Virus record (IMG/VR): IMGVR_UViG_3300047552_000880
Span: 1-64,000 of that record
Source of the DNA: an uncultured virus (IMG/VR IMGVR_UViG_3300047552_000880)
Lineage: Duplodnaviria; Heunggongvirae; Uroviricota; Caudoviricetes
Length of the DNA: 64,000 nt
Reading direction: 5' to 3' (one strand)
Below are positions 26,218 through 36,205 of this stretch, in pieces. Position 1 is the first letter of the stretch; every line of letters begins with the position of its first letter. The position numbers and the translations under genes are program-made. The notes beneath the pieces were generated by a model, which saw nothing but the letters and a program-made list of their open reading frames with translations, had not been told where the DNA came from and ran no database searches.

Positions 26218-27479
26218 GCGAAGTCATTTCAAGTAATGCTGTTGCGTTTCCGGGTGAAGTTAATATATCAAAAGCCGACTTGATTACTCATGCCGGGGTA
26301 AGAATTGATATAACAGGGATCATTCAGCAATTCAATATATTTGAAGACCTCTATTCAAATTATTTGACCTGTACAATTATTATTTCTGATGCTGTTGGTC
26401 TGTTTTCAATGTCTCCTTTAATTGGACAGGAACTGATTGATATTGAACTACAGACTCCTTCTTTAAAAGAAACTCTCAACAAGACCTTCTATATTCATAA
26501 GTTGGATGACCGTCAGTTTGAGGGAGCCAGAGTACAGACATATAGTTTACATTGCTGTAGTCGCGAAGCCGTTGTATCGAGTAATCTGAAAATATCAAGA
26601 TCATTCAAAGATAAGCCTATTTCAGAACATGTCGCTGATATCTTTCAAAAAGATTTACAGTCAGAGACTTTGTGTTATGTCGAAGATACTAGCAATAATT
26701 TTAAATTTATTGCACCGTATTGGTCGCCATTCGAAACAATCAACTGGTTATCTAATAGAGCATTGAATGCGAATGAGAATGCTGGATTTCTGTTCTTTGA
26801 AACGAATCAAAGTTACGAATTCACATCACTTGAAATGTTGATGGGAGCCAATCCAGCACATACGTACATCTATGCAGATCAGAGTGGAAGAACATCTAGT
26901 AACAACTTGAATGAAGATATCAAGTATTCGTTTGTTGAATCTATGTATACGGACGTTGGGTTTGATTACTTCCGTAGATTGCATCAGGGCGCATATGCAA
27001 GTAAGGTAACGACATTTGATATGACCCTGAAAACTTTTGCTTCAACTGATTACGATTATGTACGTGATTTCAATAAAACAATGCATTTGGATGATTATCC
27101 ATTGACTTCATCGACATTGGTGCGCTCAAGAATAGCACATCAATATTTTGTTACAAAGAATAACTATCTATTTGGTGATAAATTTGATCAGGGGCATAGA
27201 AATTGGTTGCTATCAAGAAATGCGCTCTACCAACAAACATTCATGCACAAGATCAATCTTCGGGTTATCGGAAGATTTGATATTAAGGTAGGTAATGTCA
27301 TTAAGTTGAAGATCAATGATTTTCGGGCGTTTGGTGAACAGGAATCTACTGAGATAGAGGATGATATGTATACCGGTCGTTATCTTGTTACGGCTATCAG
27401 ACATATCATTGCTGCCAATAAGCATACCATGTACCTTGAAGTCATCAAGGATTCCTTTACAGTTAATTTGGATGAGTGA
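26214..27479 (+). CDS. Baseplate hub protein gp27-like
   Basis: IFEDL, P.IGQE.I, P.WSPF..I.WL, FLFFET, GRYLVTAIRH; lies between gp53 and gp5. Confidence 0.75.
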   Translation: MSEVISSNAVAFPGEVNISKADLITHAGVRIDITGIIQQFNIFEDLYSNYLTCTIIISDAVGLFSMSPLIGQELIDIELQTPSLKETLNKTFYIHKLDDRQFEGARVQTYSLHCCSREAVVSSNLKISRSFKDKPISEHVADIFQKDLQSETLCYVEDTSNNFKFIAPYWSPFETINWLSNRALNANENAGFLFFETNQSYEFTSLEMLMGANPAHTYIYADQSGRTSSNNLNEDIKYSFVESMYTDVGFDYFRRLHQGAYASKVTTFDMTLKTFASTDYDYVRDFNKTMHLDDYPLTSSTLVRSRIAHQYFVTKNNYLFGDKFDQGHRNWLLSRNALYQQTFMHKINLRVIGRFDIKVGNVIKLKINDFRAFGEQESTEIEDDMYTGRYLVTAIRHIIAANKHTMYLEVIKDSFTVNLDE

Positions 27480-29971
27480 TGTTTCAAAATTTTTATCAAG
27501 CAATTGTTGAATCAAGAAAAGACCCACTGAAATTGGGTCGCTGTCAGGTGCGCGTTTTTGGAGTTCATACCGAATCGCTGACCCTTATTCCAACAGAAGA
27601 TTTGCCTTGGGCAACCATTTTGATGCCTCCTACCAGTGCCTCTATTTCTGGTATAGGAAACTCACCAACAGGTTTGGTTGAAGGTTCATTGGTCATGGTT
27701 GTTTTCCTTGATGGCGAATCGAAACAACAGCCAATGATTGTTGGTAGCGTTCATGGAATCCCTCAGAAGAAAAATGCTTTCTCTGCGGCAGAGAATGATG
27801 GTACAACCACAGAATCGGAATCTCCTACACAACCAGATCAAACCGATTCTAATGTAGATACACAGAAAGCAGAAGAAACGCCAACAGAAACAGGTGATTG
27901 TTGCAGTAGCGTTGATAGTTCTGCGATGGTCGCTAAATTTGGCTCCAATGTTACTACTGTCTGTGAGACTTTATGTGCATATGGTATTAAGAATCCGTAT
28001 GCAGTTGTTGCTATATTGGCTAACGTGGCAAAGGAATGTGGATTCAAACCTCAAAGAGAATCCATGAAATATAGTAGTGCTGATAGACTACGCGCTATTT
28101 TTCCGAGCAAGTTCAATTCAATGTCTGATACCGATATTCAGAAATATGTCAACAATGAACAGACTCTTGCTAATTACGTTTATTCGAATCGTGAAGGGAA
28201 TGGTGACGCAGCATCCGGTGACGGATACAAATATCGTGGCGGTGGTCTAATTCAACTTACATTCAAAAACAATTATATTTCTATTGGTAGTAAAATTGGC
28301 GTCGATTTAGCTGCCAATCCAGATAAAGTCAATGATCCTTCTATTGCAGCAAAGGTTGTTGCTCAGTATATGATCAATCGCTATGGCGGGGCAGGTAGAT
28401 TGAATTTCAGTGATCTGAACACGGCTCTATCTGATGTAACACGTAAAATAAATCCGGGCGGCGTTGATAACGATCTTCCGAAGGTCACTTCATATGCGTC
28501 TTTGTGTTCTGTTATTGGTGATCCATCAACAAAGAAAGCTGCTGACAAGGAATTGGCTAAGACTGTTCCGGCAGGTCAAGTTAAGCCGGACGGTACTATT
28601 TCTGATGGCATACCTGATAGTCATAAGACCAATGATGATATGGGTTTCAAAGACCCAAATAATGTTTACCCGCTAGAAGATTTTCTGAAGGAACCTGATG
28701 TAAATCGACTTGCACGAAGAATTACTAAGATGACTCCGGTCGAGGTAAAACGAAATAATCGTAGAAAGTCTATCAAGTCAGTTGACTCCGAATTCTTTGA
28801 GCCACCTATTCCTTATAATGCCAAATATCCTTACAATCACGTAAGGTTTTCGGAGAGTGGTCATTTAGAAGAAGTTGATGATACGCCTAGTGCAGAAAGA
28901 TTGCATTGGTATCATACCGCAGGAACATATCAAGAAATTGATGCTCATGGTACTCGGGTCAATAAAATTGTTGGTGATGACTTTACGATTATTGAACGGA
29001 ATGGTTACGTCTATGTTGATGGCGTCATAAGACTCACTACCGGCTCTCATGCCAAATTGCTGATTCAAGGTAATATGGACGTTCGAGTAAACGGTGATTT
29101 GACATATGATGTTGGCGGTGATATTAAAATGTCTGCTGCTGGCTCTGTTAATTTTACTGCTGGATCAGAAACACACATTTATTCGGGCGGTTCTGTTAAC
29201 GTACAGGGGTCTGGTGTTTATTGGCAATCTGGTACAGCTAAGGGGTATGGTGCTTCTGCTGGTACAGCAAATGATAATGATTATCCTTTCCAACAAAATG
29301 AGACTGCTGAAGATCAGGAAGTCATTGATTTGGATGATGCCGATGAAGAAGAAGTTACTGCGGCAAGAGAAAAGGCTATCAAGGAAGGTAAGATAACTCA
29401 GGCAGAAGTTGATGAAGCCAAAAATGTTGAGTCAACCCAAGAGGATACAAAGGAGCCTGATGTAAATATCGATGCATATCCTGCGTCTTGTTCTGCCTTC
29501 ATCAATAAATCTGATATACCTTCTAGTATAAAACTGAGTCAATATTTTACATTAGGCTCATTAACAGAATCTGTTGTGTTTAGTCATACAGTTGTACCAA
29601 ACCTCGGTAAGACCAAGGGTGAAATTGTATGTAACTTAAAGCAATTGGCAGAGAATTGTTTGGACAAGATAAAATCGAAATATCCAAATATGATGGTCAC
29701 TTGTACATTCAGACCTAACTCAAATACAAGCCAGCATAATATAGGTCAGGCAGCGGATATTCAATTTACTGGCGCAAGTAAGGCAGAATATTTTGAAATT
29801 GCTAAATGGATTAAATCCAATGTGTTGTTTGATCAGCTTTTGTTGGAATATAAAACAACTGGAACGAAATTACCTTGGATACATATTAGCTACACAGAGT
29901 CACCGAGAAGACAGGTAATGACTTTCTTGAACAACACAAAATACGCAGACGGTTTGCATAGGATTGAATAA
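27479..29971 (+). CDS. gp5: Baseplate central spike gp5 with GH19 and peptidase M15 domains
   Basis: OB-fold DPLKLGRCQVRVFG.H...LPWA; GH19 GDGYKYRGGGLIQLT..NNY; YPYNHV..SESGH..E.DDTP..ER; beta-helix; C-terminal SQH..GQAAD...FDQL.LEY...WIHISY. Confidence 0.93.
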   Translation: MFQNFYQAIVESRKDPLKLGRCQVRVFGVHTESLTLIPTEDLPWATILMPPTSASISGIGNSPTGLVEGSLVMVVFLDGESKQQPMIVGSVHGIPQKKNAFSAAENDGTTTESESPTQPDQTDSNVDTQKAEETPTETGDCCSSVDSSAMVAKFGSNVTTVCETLCAYGIKNPYAVVAILANVAKECGFKPQRESMKYSSADRLRAIFPSKFNSMSDTDIQKYVNNEQTLANYVYSNREGNGDAASGDGYKYRGGGLIQLTFKNNYISIGSKIGVDLAANPDKVNDPSIAAKVVAQYMINRYGGAGRLNFSDLNTALSDVTRKINPGGVDNDLPKVTSYASLCSVIGDPSTKKAADKELAKTVPAGQVKPDGTISDGIPDSHKTNDDMGFKDPNNVYPLEDFLKEPDVNRLARRITKMTPVEVKRNNRRKSIKSVDSEFFEPPIPYNAKYPYNHVRFSESGHLEEVDDTPSAERLHWYHTAGTYQEIDAHGTRVNKIVGDDFTIIERNGYVYVDGVIRLTTGSHAKLLIQGNMDVRVNGDLTYDVGGDIKMSAAGSVNFTAGSETHIYSGGSVNVQGSGVYWQSGTAKGYGASAGTANDNDYPFQQNETAEDQEVIDLDDADEEEVTAAREKAIKEGKITQAEVDEAKNVESTQEDTKEPDVNIDAYPASCSAFINKSDIPSSIKLSQYFTLGSLTESVVFSHTVVPNLGKTKGEIVCNLKQLAENCLDKIKSKYPNMMVTCTFRPNSNTSQHNIGQAADIQFTGASKAEYFEIAKWIKSNVLFDQLLLEYKTTGTKLPWIHISYTESPRRQVMTFLNNTKYADGLHRIE

Positions 29972-30369
29972 TGCCAACAATAACAAAAGAAGTACGGGAA
30001 TATAAAGACATTGCCTTTATGATGGAAAGCCATCCCCTTTCAGGGGAGATTGTCACCAAGAAAAATGCAGAGGCTATTAAACAGAGCATTCGCAATCTAT
30101 TACTTACCAGAAAGGGAAGTCGTAAATTTGATCCAGAGTTTGGTTCACCGATATACGAATTTCTTTTTGAGAATTTCACTGGCGCAGCCATCTATGCATG
30201 TAGAACACAAATAGCAAGCATGCTAGGTAAATATGAACCTCGATTTTCTGTGAGAAAGGTTGATATCACGTCTCCTTCTCCGAATACAATAAATATAGAG
30301 ATTGAGGGTCTTATTGTCAATACAACCAGACCAATCACAATAACACTTCTTGTTGATAGATTGCGGTAA
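29971..30369 (+). CDS. gp25: Baseplate wedge / sheath initiator
   Basis: AIKQSIRNLLLT.KG.R.F.PEFGS...LFE, YEPR. Confidence 0.93.
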   Translation: MPTITKEVREYKDIAFMMESHPLSGEIVTKKNAEAIKQSIRNLLLTRKGSRKFDPEFGSPIYEFLFENFTGAAIYACRTQIASMLGKYEPRFSVRKVDITSPSPNTINIEIEGLIVNTTRPITITLLVDRLR

Positions 30370-30370
30370 A

Positions 30371-32164
30371 ATGACTCCAGCAAAACAATACACTTCCCTT
30401 GATTTCGATGTAATTAAACAAAGCATCATTGATAATTTTAAGAGCGATCCTACATTTACGGATTACGATTTTAGTGGCAGTGCAATAAACACACTTATTG
30501 AGATTCTTGCATATAACCAGCATTACCACGCGGTATATGCAAATGCTGTTCAGAATGAAATGTTTCTTGACACGGCGCAGACAAGAAACTCGGTCGTCAG
30601 TAAGGCAAAGGAATTGGGATATATTCCTCGTTCTGTTGTGGCCTCAACTGCATTTGTCAACCTTACATGCAACAATGTAAATCAAAACGTTACTTCTCTT
30701 TTACTCCCTCGTGGTACTCAATTTAAATCATCCAATGATTCTGGTGATCAAAAATTTGTTGTTGCTAAAGATGTGTATTCATCTATGGTCGGCGGAGTAT
30801 TCAGATTCAATGATGTTGAATTGAAAGAGGGTAAACTCGTTGAGAATGTATTTTTGATCGAGAATGGACAGAAAACAATAACTATACCTAACCAGAATAT
30901 TGACACCACAACAATAGTCATGAAGATTAAACCTTCATCTGATACTAATGTTGCTTGGGTTGAGTATTTTGATGCACGTAGTTTTTCTACTATTGATGGC
31001 GCTTCGCATGCATTCTTTCTTCAAGAAGGATATGACGGAAAATACCAGATTTATTTTGGTGACGATATTTTTGGTAAATCCATTCAGGATGGAAATGTAA
31101 TCAACGTAAGCTATGTGGCTAGTACAGGAGTTGCTGGTAATCAGTGTAAAGTATTTGCTCTTGCTGGTAGTATTACGAATGTTGGTTCTGTTACGGTTAG
31201 TACAATCATGGCGGCATCCGGTGGTAGTGCAAGAGAGACAATTGACTCGATCAAATTCTATGCTCCTTTGCAATATCAGTCTCAAAATCGATCTGTAACA
31301 AAAAACGATTTCCTTGTTGCTATTAAGAATGAGGTTCCTTATATTCGATCTGTGAGTGTTTGGGGCGGAGAAGAAAATGATCCTCCGATGTACGGTAAGG
31401 TTTTCTGCTCTTTGAATGCAGAAACAGGGTATGCGATTACTGATAGTGTTAAAGAAAACATCATAAAGCCTTTGATTCGTAAGAAATCTAGTATCACCGT
31501 CATACCTGAAATTATTGACCCTGATTATTTGTTTATCTCAATTCAGACAAGAGTGAAGATCAACCGCAGTAAGATGGTTGGTAGTTACTCTGACATGATT
31601 ACTTCTGTGTCAAATTCCATCATTCAGTATTTTGCCAATGACGTTGAAGAATTCGGTAAAGAATTTTATCTGAGTTCTGTTATGGATAAAATTGGAGCTA
31701 TCAATTCTTCTGTCATTTCCAATAAAACAGATTTTGTTGTACACAAAAGGTTTATTCCGACACTAAGAACAGCTAATAGAATTCAGACTTCATTTGGATC
31801 AGCAATAAAAGAAATTTGGTCAAATACATTTTTTGTTATGGTAAATGGAACATTGACTAAATGTAGATTTGTTGATGACGGTATTGGTGGTATTGATTTG
31901 GTCAATTCTGCTGGTGAAGTTATATACGCTTCAATTGGTACAGTGTCATATTCTACCGGTAAAATAGATTTGGTATCCGAGGTTTATTCATTAAATAATC
32001 AACAAGTCTATATCAACGTGTATGCGCGTTTTCTGGATACAGACATTAAACCAATTCGTAATCAAATGATATTTCTTTCTGGTCAGCCAGTTAATGTTAT
32101 TACTGGTGATATCGCTGGTCTTGAAATTCAATTAGTGGATCAGAACAATATTCAATTGAATTAA
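30371..32164 (+). CDS. gp6: Baseplate wedge subunit
   Basis: LDFD.IK, FTDYDFSGS, LAYN.HY, NEMFLDTA..RNSVVS.AKELGY.PRS, QNR.VT..D, WGGEENDPP.YGKVF. Confidence 0.95.
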   Translation: MTPAKQYTSLDFDVIKQSIIDNFKSDPTFTDYDFSGSAINTLIEILAYNQHYHAVYANAVQNEMFLDTAQTRNSVVSKAKELGYIPRSVVASTAFVNLTCNNVNQNVTSLLLPRGTQFKSSNDSGDQKFVVAKDVYSSMVGGVFRFNDVELKEGKLVENVFLIENGQKTITIPNQNIDTTTIVMKIKPSSDTNVAWVEYFDARSFSTIDGASHAFFLQEGYDGKYQIYFGDDIFGKSIQDGNVINVSYVASTGVAGNQCKVFALAGSITNVGSVTVSTIMAASGGSARETIDSIKFYAPLQYQSQNRSVTKNDFLVAIKNEVPYIRSVSVWGGEENDPPMYGKVFCSLNAETGYAITDSVKENIIKPLIRKKSSITVIPEIIDPDYLFISIQTRVKINRSKMVGSYSDMITSVSNSIIQYFANDVEEFGKEFYLSSVMDKIGAINSSVISNKTDFVVHKRFIPTLRTANRIQTSFGSAIKEIWSNTFFVMVNGTLTKCRFVDDGIGGIDLVNSAGEVIYASIGTVSYSTGKIDLVSEVYSLNNQQVYINVYARFLDTDIKPIRNQMIFLSGQPVNVITGDIAGLEIQLVDQNNIQLN

Positions 32165-32165
32165 A

Positions 32166-34148
32166 ATGGTAAGCAAACAAGTCATTACCCAACTCGCGGA
32201 ACATATTCAGCAAGACTATCCGAAGTTCGGTAAGTTCATTGAGTCTTACTATAAGCATCTTGAGAAGACAGATCAGCCACTGAATGTTCTTCAGGCTGTT
32301 CGTGATAACGCAGATATCGATAGAACCGATTATAGGCTCTTAGACGAGTTTTTTAAGACCTATGGTATAGAGATACCTAGTGGTGTCAAATATGACCGTA
32401 GAAAGCTGATTAAAGCCCTTAAAGACCTATATCTACATAAGGGAACTGCTAAGGCATTCGAAATCCTGTTCAGAGCATTCTATGACACAGGTGTTCATGT
32501 AAGAAATCTCGGTGATGCGATGTTTCGTAGCAGTGACTCTGTATGGTCACAGAACGTGTCTATTAGAGTCTCCCTTGATTCCGACATTCAGCCTGATGTT
32601 GGTCTTACCTTGGGGTGGGAGAACAATGGATACGAATATAAATTTGAGATATATGAATTAAGATTTATTTCTGGTAACACATACGAAATATTTCTTTCAA
32701 GTAAATTGAAATTAGATTTTGTTTTTGGCGACAAAATAACAATTTACAATCATTATGGCGTAAAAATATCTTCTGGTGCTATTAGACCTTCTTTCACGAA
32801 ATTCGAGATAATAGAAACAGGAAAAAGATTTAAACGCGGCGAAGTTTATTCTGTCACAGATACAAGTAGCGAAACCAAAACAGTTTTTAAAGTAACTGAG
32901 GTCGGTTCTCTTGGTGAATTGAAGAAAATCAAATTACTTGAATTTGGTTTTGGCATAGGTGTACCTACACAGATAAATGTTGTCCCGAGAATTAGTTTAC
33001 CTAGTCAGGGTGTTTATTATAGTAACGGACACCAGTGGATAAATGACACCACATTCGGGATGAATGAGTCCGGTACTATTATCCAATCTTCTGCTCCCGG
33101 AAATCCAAATAATTATTATTTAGAAGATTATGTGCTCGACGTGACCTATGTCGGGTATGAAGCAGCTTCTTTTAATAACAACTTGGCAATGGCTCCTGTC
33201 GATAACTTTATCACAGAGACAGTTACAACAGAAGAATATTTTCTTTCGATAGCAACAATAAGGCTCATACCACAGACAGTATGTAGACACCCCGGAACAT
33301 ATACAAAACTTTCTGGTATTGCAAGTGAACCAACAACCAGAATTCAGGATTCATATTACACACAGGCGTTTGCATATGAATTAGAGAGCAACATAGAGCG
33401 TAGCGATTATTCCAGCGCAGTTGATTCACTGTTACACCCTGCTGGATTGAAACGTTTCAGTAATCGTGTTATCGATTCGTCTGTTGATTTTGGTAACGTC
33501 ATTCAAATTGTTGTTGCGCGTCATCTGAAATTGTTGCTGGTTGATTCGATTGATCTGTTTGCTGAGAACGTTTCAATTGATCTAGAAAAATATCTCAATG
33601 ATTCTACGGGAGTCGCTGATACAGTTGCGTTGCTTGTTAATAAAGCGTTGCAGGAATCTGTTTCGACTTCTGATGCCATTGATAATTTTTCTATTCAGAA
33701 ATATCTTTCTGATATTGCTTCTTCTGGTGATACATATACGATTGATTATTCTGCTGTTTATGCGGATTCTATTGGTACGAGCGATGTTTCATCCAGTGTC
33801 ATTGAGAAGGTTCTCAGTGATCTAGTAAATGCAACAGATGTAATTTCTTCGGCATATACAACAGGCGTCAGTGAAACTCTGGCTTCAACTGATTCTTCTT
33901 TGATAACGGTTGGACTGAATCCGACAGATGCTACTTCTGTTTCTGATACCAATGCAACCCAGATCAATAAAGGATCAACAGATTCTGTTGCTGCAACGGA
34001 TTCCATTCTATCCAATAGTTCATCAGGAATAACGGACACAAATACGGCAACTGATACTCTGAACGTATTCTTAATGGATTATGTTACTAATCCATATGAC
34101 TATTTTGCAACAGGTGACTATGTTGGTCAGATTGTTGCAACGGCTTAA
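32166..34148 (+). CDS. Baseplate wedge protein gp7-like
   Basis: YPKF.KFIESYY, LY..KGT, IQDSYY.Q.F.Y, LHPAG motifs; position between gp6 and gp8; Ser/Asp/Thr-rich C-terminal repeats. Confidence 0.75.
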   Translation: MVSKQVITQLAEHIQQDYPKFGKFIESYYKHLEKTDQPLNVLQAVRDNADIDRTDYRLLDEFFKTYGIEIPSGVKYDRRKLIKALKDLYLHKGTAKAFEILFRAFYDTGVHVRNLGDAMFRSSDSVWSQNVSIRVSLDSDIQPDVGLTLGWENNGYEYKFEIYELRFISGNTYEIFLSSKLKLDFVFGDKITIYNHYGVKISSGAIRPSFTKFEIIETGKRFKRGEVYSVTDTSSETKTVFKVTEVGSLGELKKIKLLEFGFGIGVPTQINVVPRISLPSQGVYYSNGHQWINDTTFGMNESGTIIQSSAPGNPNNYYLEDYVLDVTYVGYEAASFNNNLAMAPVDNFITETVTTEEYFLSIATIRLIPQTVCRHPGTYTKLSGIASEPTTRIQDSYYTQAFAYELESNIERSDYSSAVDSLLHPAGLKRFSNRVIDSSVDFGNVIQIVVARHLKLLLVDSIDLFAENVSIDLEKYLNDSTGVADTVALLVNKALQESVSTSDAIDNFSIQKYLSDIASSGDTYTIDYSAVYADSIGTSDVSSSVIEKVLSDLVNATDVISSAYTTGVSETLASTDSSLITVGLNPTDATSVSDTNATQINKGSTDSVAATDSILSNSSSGITDTNTATDTLNVFLMDYVTNPYDYFATGDYVGQIVATA

Positions 34149-34181
34149 ATACTTAAATCAAAATTTCTTCAAGGACACATA

Positions 34182-34619
34182 ATGTTTAATGAAACTATCA
34201 AGGCAACTGGTAAACTGAGTATTGTTCAGACAGATGCAAATGGGAATGTTGTTGATACCCGTAATATCGATAACTTGGTTGTTACTGTTGGGAAAGGCTT
34301 TATTGCAAGTCGCATGAAAGACGCAACTGCGGCTGCGATGAGTCATATGGCAGTAGGAACAGACTCAACAGCGGCAGCCGCAGGTCAGACTGCTCTTGGC
34401 GCTCAACTGACTCGTGTTGCGCTGACTTCAACTACTGTTTCTGCTAATACAGTTACTTATGTAGCCACTTTCGGTTCCGGCACTTCTGGTGCGCTGACTG
34501 AGGCGGGTCTGTTCAATGATCCTACTGCTGGAACTATGCTCGCTCGAACAACTTACAGCGTTATCAACAAAGGCACCGCTGATACAATCACAATCACTTG
34601 GGCAGTGACTATCTCCTAA
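34182..34619 (+). CDS. Virion/tail structural protein
   Basis: NLVVT.G, HMAVGT, TEAGLFN...GTMLART, ITITW; TAAATA at 34146-34151 and AAGGA RBS. Confidence 0.75.
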   Translation: MFNETIKATGKLSIVQTDANGNVVDTRNIDNLVVTVGKGFIASRMKDATAAAMSHMAVGTDSTAAAAGQTALGAQLTRVALTSTTVSANTVTYVATFGSGTSGALTEAGLFNDPTAGTMLARTTYSVINKGTADTITITWAVTIS

Positions 34620-34634
34620 GAATTGGGGAACCTA

Positions 34635-36194
34635 ATGGCTGTAATTGTTTCATCTGAAATGCATCGCTCCATTGCGGAGCAATTTTACACAGATTTGGCA
34701 ACTCAACGCGGGAACTATTATTACTTCGTTGGTGCAACAACAGAGTCATTTGGTTCCGCTGACATTGCTTATAACAGAGAGGCAGAGCTAAACGTTAGAA
34801 ATAGCATTGTTCTCTACAAAAAATTAACGATTAACAATATCGCATACACCATTCCAAGAATTGATTGGGTTTCTGGAATGGTGTATGACATGTTTGATTC
34901 GTCTTATGATACGGAGTATCCATCATCCACTGGTGCTACTTCTATTCGTGACGCAAATTTTTATGTTGTCACGGATCAATATAATGTTTATAAGTGTATC
35001 GACAATTATGGTGGCGGATTTTCTACTGTTAAGCCTGTTTTGACTGGTACAGAGGTTTTCACTACATCAGATGGTTATGTGTGGAAATTTATGTACCACA
35101 TAGAACCGGTGTTTCGTAAGTTCATGACAACTGACACGAAACTTATTCCTGTGTTTCGTTCTGTTTACGAGAAATTCTATAATCGCGGAACAATCAGTGC
35201 AGTTAATATTGATAACCCCGGATCAGGATATGACGACACAACAATTATAATTGTTGATGGTGACGGTTCTGGTGCTGTGTTGACTCCTGTTGTTTCTGGG
35301 GGTCAAATATCCGATGTTGTCATCGCTGACCCCGGTTCTGGTTATTCTTATGTTTCGCTGACAGTTGTTGGTCCAAATGGCTCCGGTGGTGCTATTCTTT
35401 CTGTTGATACATTTGAAGGAACATTGAACACAAAGCAAGCTGATGTTGAATTTGCTGCGGTTGATGGTGCTATCAATGCAATTCGGGTCTTGAACGGTGG
35501 AGCAAATTATGTTTCCCCTCAACTTGTTGTGAGTGGGGATGGCGTTGGTTTAGAAGGAATTGTTAAAGTCATTAACGGTTCAGTACATCATATTGAAATA
35601 ACCAATCCGGGATATGGTTATTCTTATGCCGATGTAACTGTGTTTGATGCTGGCGGAGGAACCGGCGCTGTTTTGCGTGGTGTTATTGCTCCGAAGGGAG
35701 GGCACGGATTCAATGCACCAAAGGAATTCTTCACAAATTCTGTTTCTATTCACACTGTTTTGAACAATGACAGGATTGGCGGCATTTCGATCAATAACGA
35801 TTACCGACAATTTGGTATCATCAAAAATTTAAAAAAATATAATGGCGTCGAAAAATATGTCAACTTAACTGGCGTATCTGGTTTTGTTATAACAGTTGAC
35901 AATATGACGAAATACTCAATAACCAAAGACTCTCTGATAGAGGATTCGTTGGGTTATAAATATACTGTCATTCAAATTTCTGGTAATAAGATGTTTGTTC
36001 TTGCTGACCATAATAGACCAATAACAGCGAACACCCATCTACTTGATGTTAACAGAAACGGTATTGCGATGACTGAGATTATTGATCCAACAGTTGATAA
36101 ATTGTCTGGCGATATTCTTTTTGTTGATATACAGACAGCGGTTGAACTTTCGGCTGATCAAGTGGTAACAGGAAAAACACTTTTCAAATTTTAA
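34635..36194 (+). CDS. gp8: Baseplate wedge subunit
   Basis: PRIDW..G..YD, FYVVT..YNVYKCIDN, DGY.WKFMY, P.GGHG, NDYRQFGII.N, SGDIL. Confidence 0.88.
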   Translation: MAVIVSSEMHRSIAEQFYTDLATQRGNYYYFVGATTESFGSADIAYNREAELNVRNSIVLYKKLTINNIAYTIPRIDWVSGMVYDMFDSSYDTEYPSSTGATSIRDANFYVVTDQYNVYKCIDNYGGGFSTVKPVLTGTEVFTTSDGYVWKFMYHIEPVFRKFMTTDTKLIPVFRSVYEKFYNRGTISAVNIDNPGSGYDDTTIIIVDGDGSGAVLTPVVSGGQISDVVIADPGSGYSYVSLTVVGPNGSGGAILSVDTFEGTLNTKQADVEFAAVDGAINAIRVLNGGANYVSPQLVVSGDGVGLEGIVKVINGSVHHIEITNPGYGYSYADVTVFDAGGGTGAVLRGVIAPKGGHGFNAPKEFFTNSVSIHTVLNNDRIGGISINNDYRQFGIIKNLKKYNGVEKYVNLTGVSGFVITVDNMTKYSITKDSLIEDSLGYKYTVIQISGNKMFVLADHNRPITANTHLLDVNRNGIAMTEIIDPTVDKLSGDILFVDIQTAVELSADQVVTGKTLFKF

Positions 36195-36205
36195 GATAGA
36201 AAACA

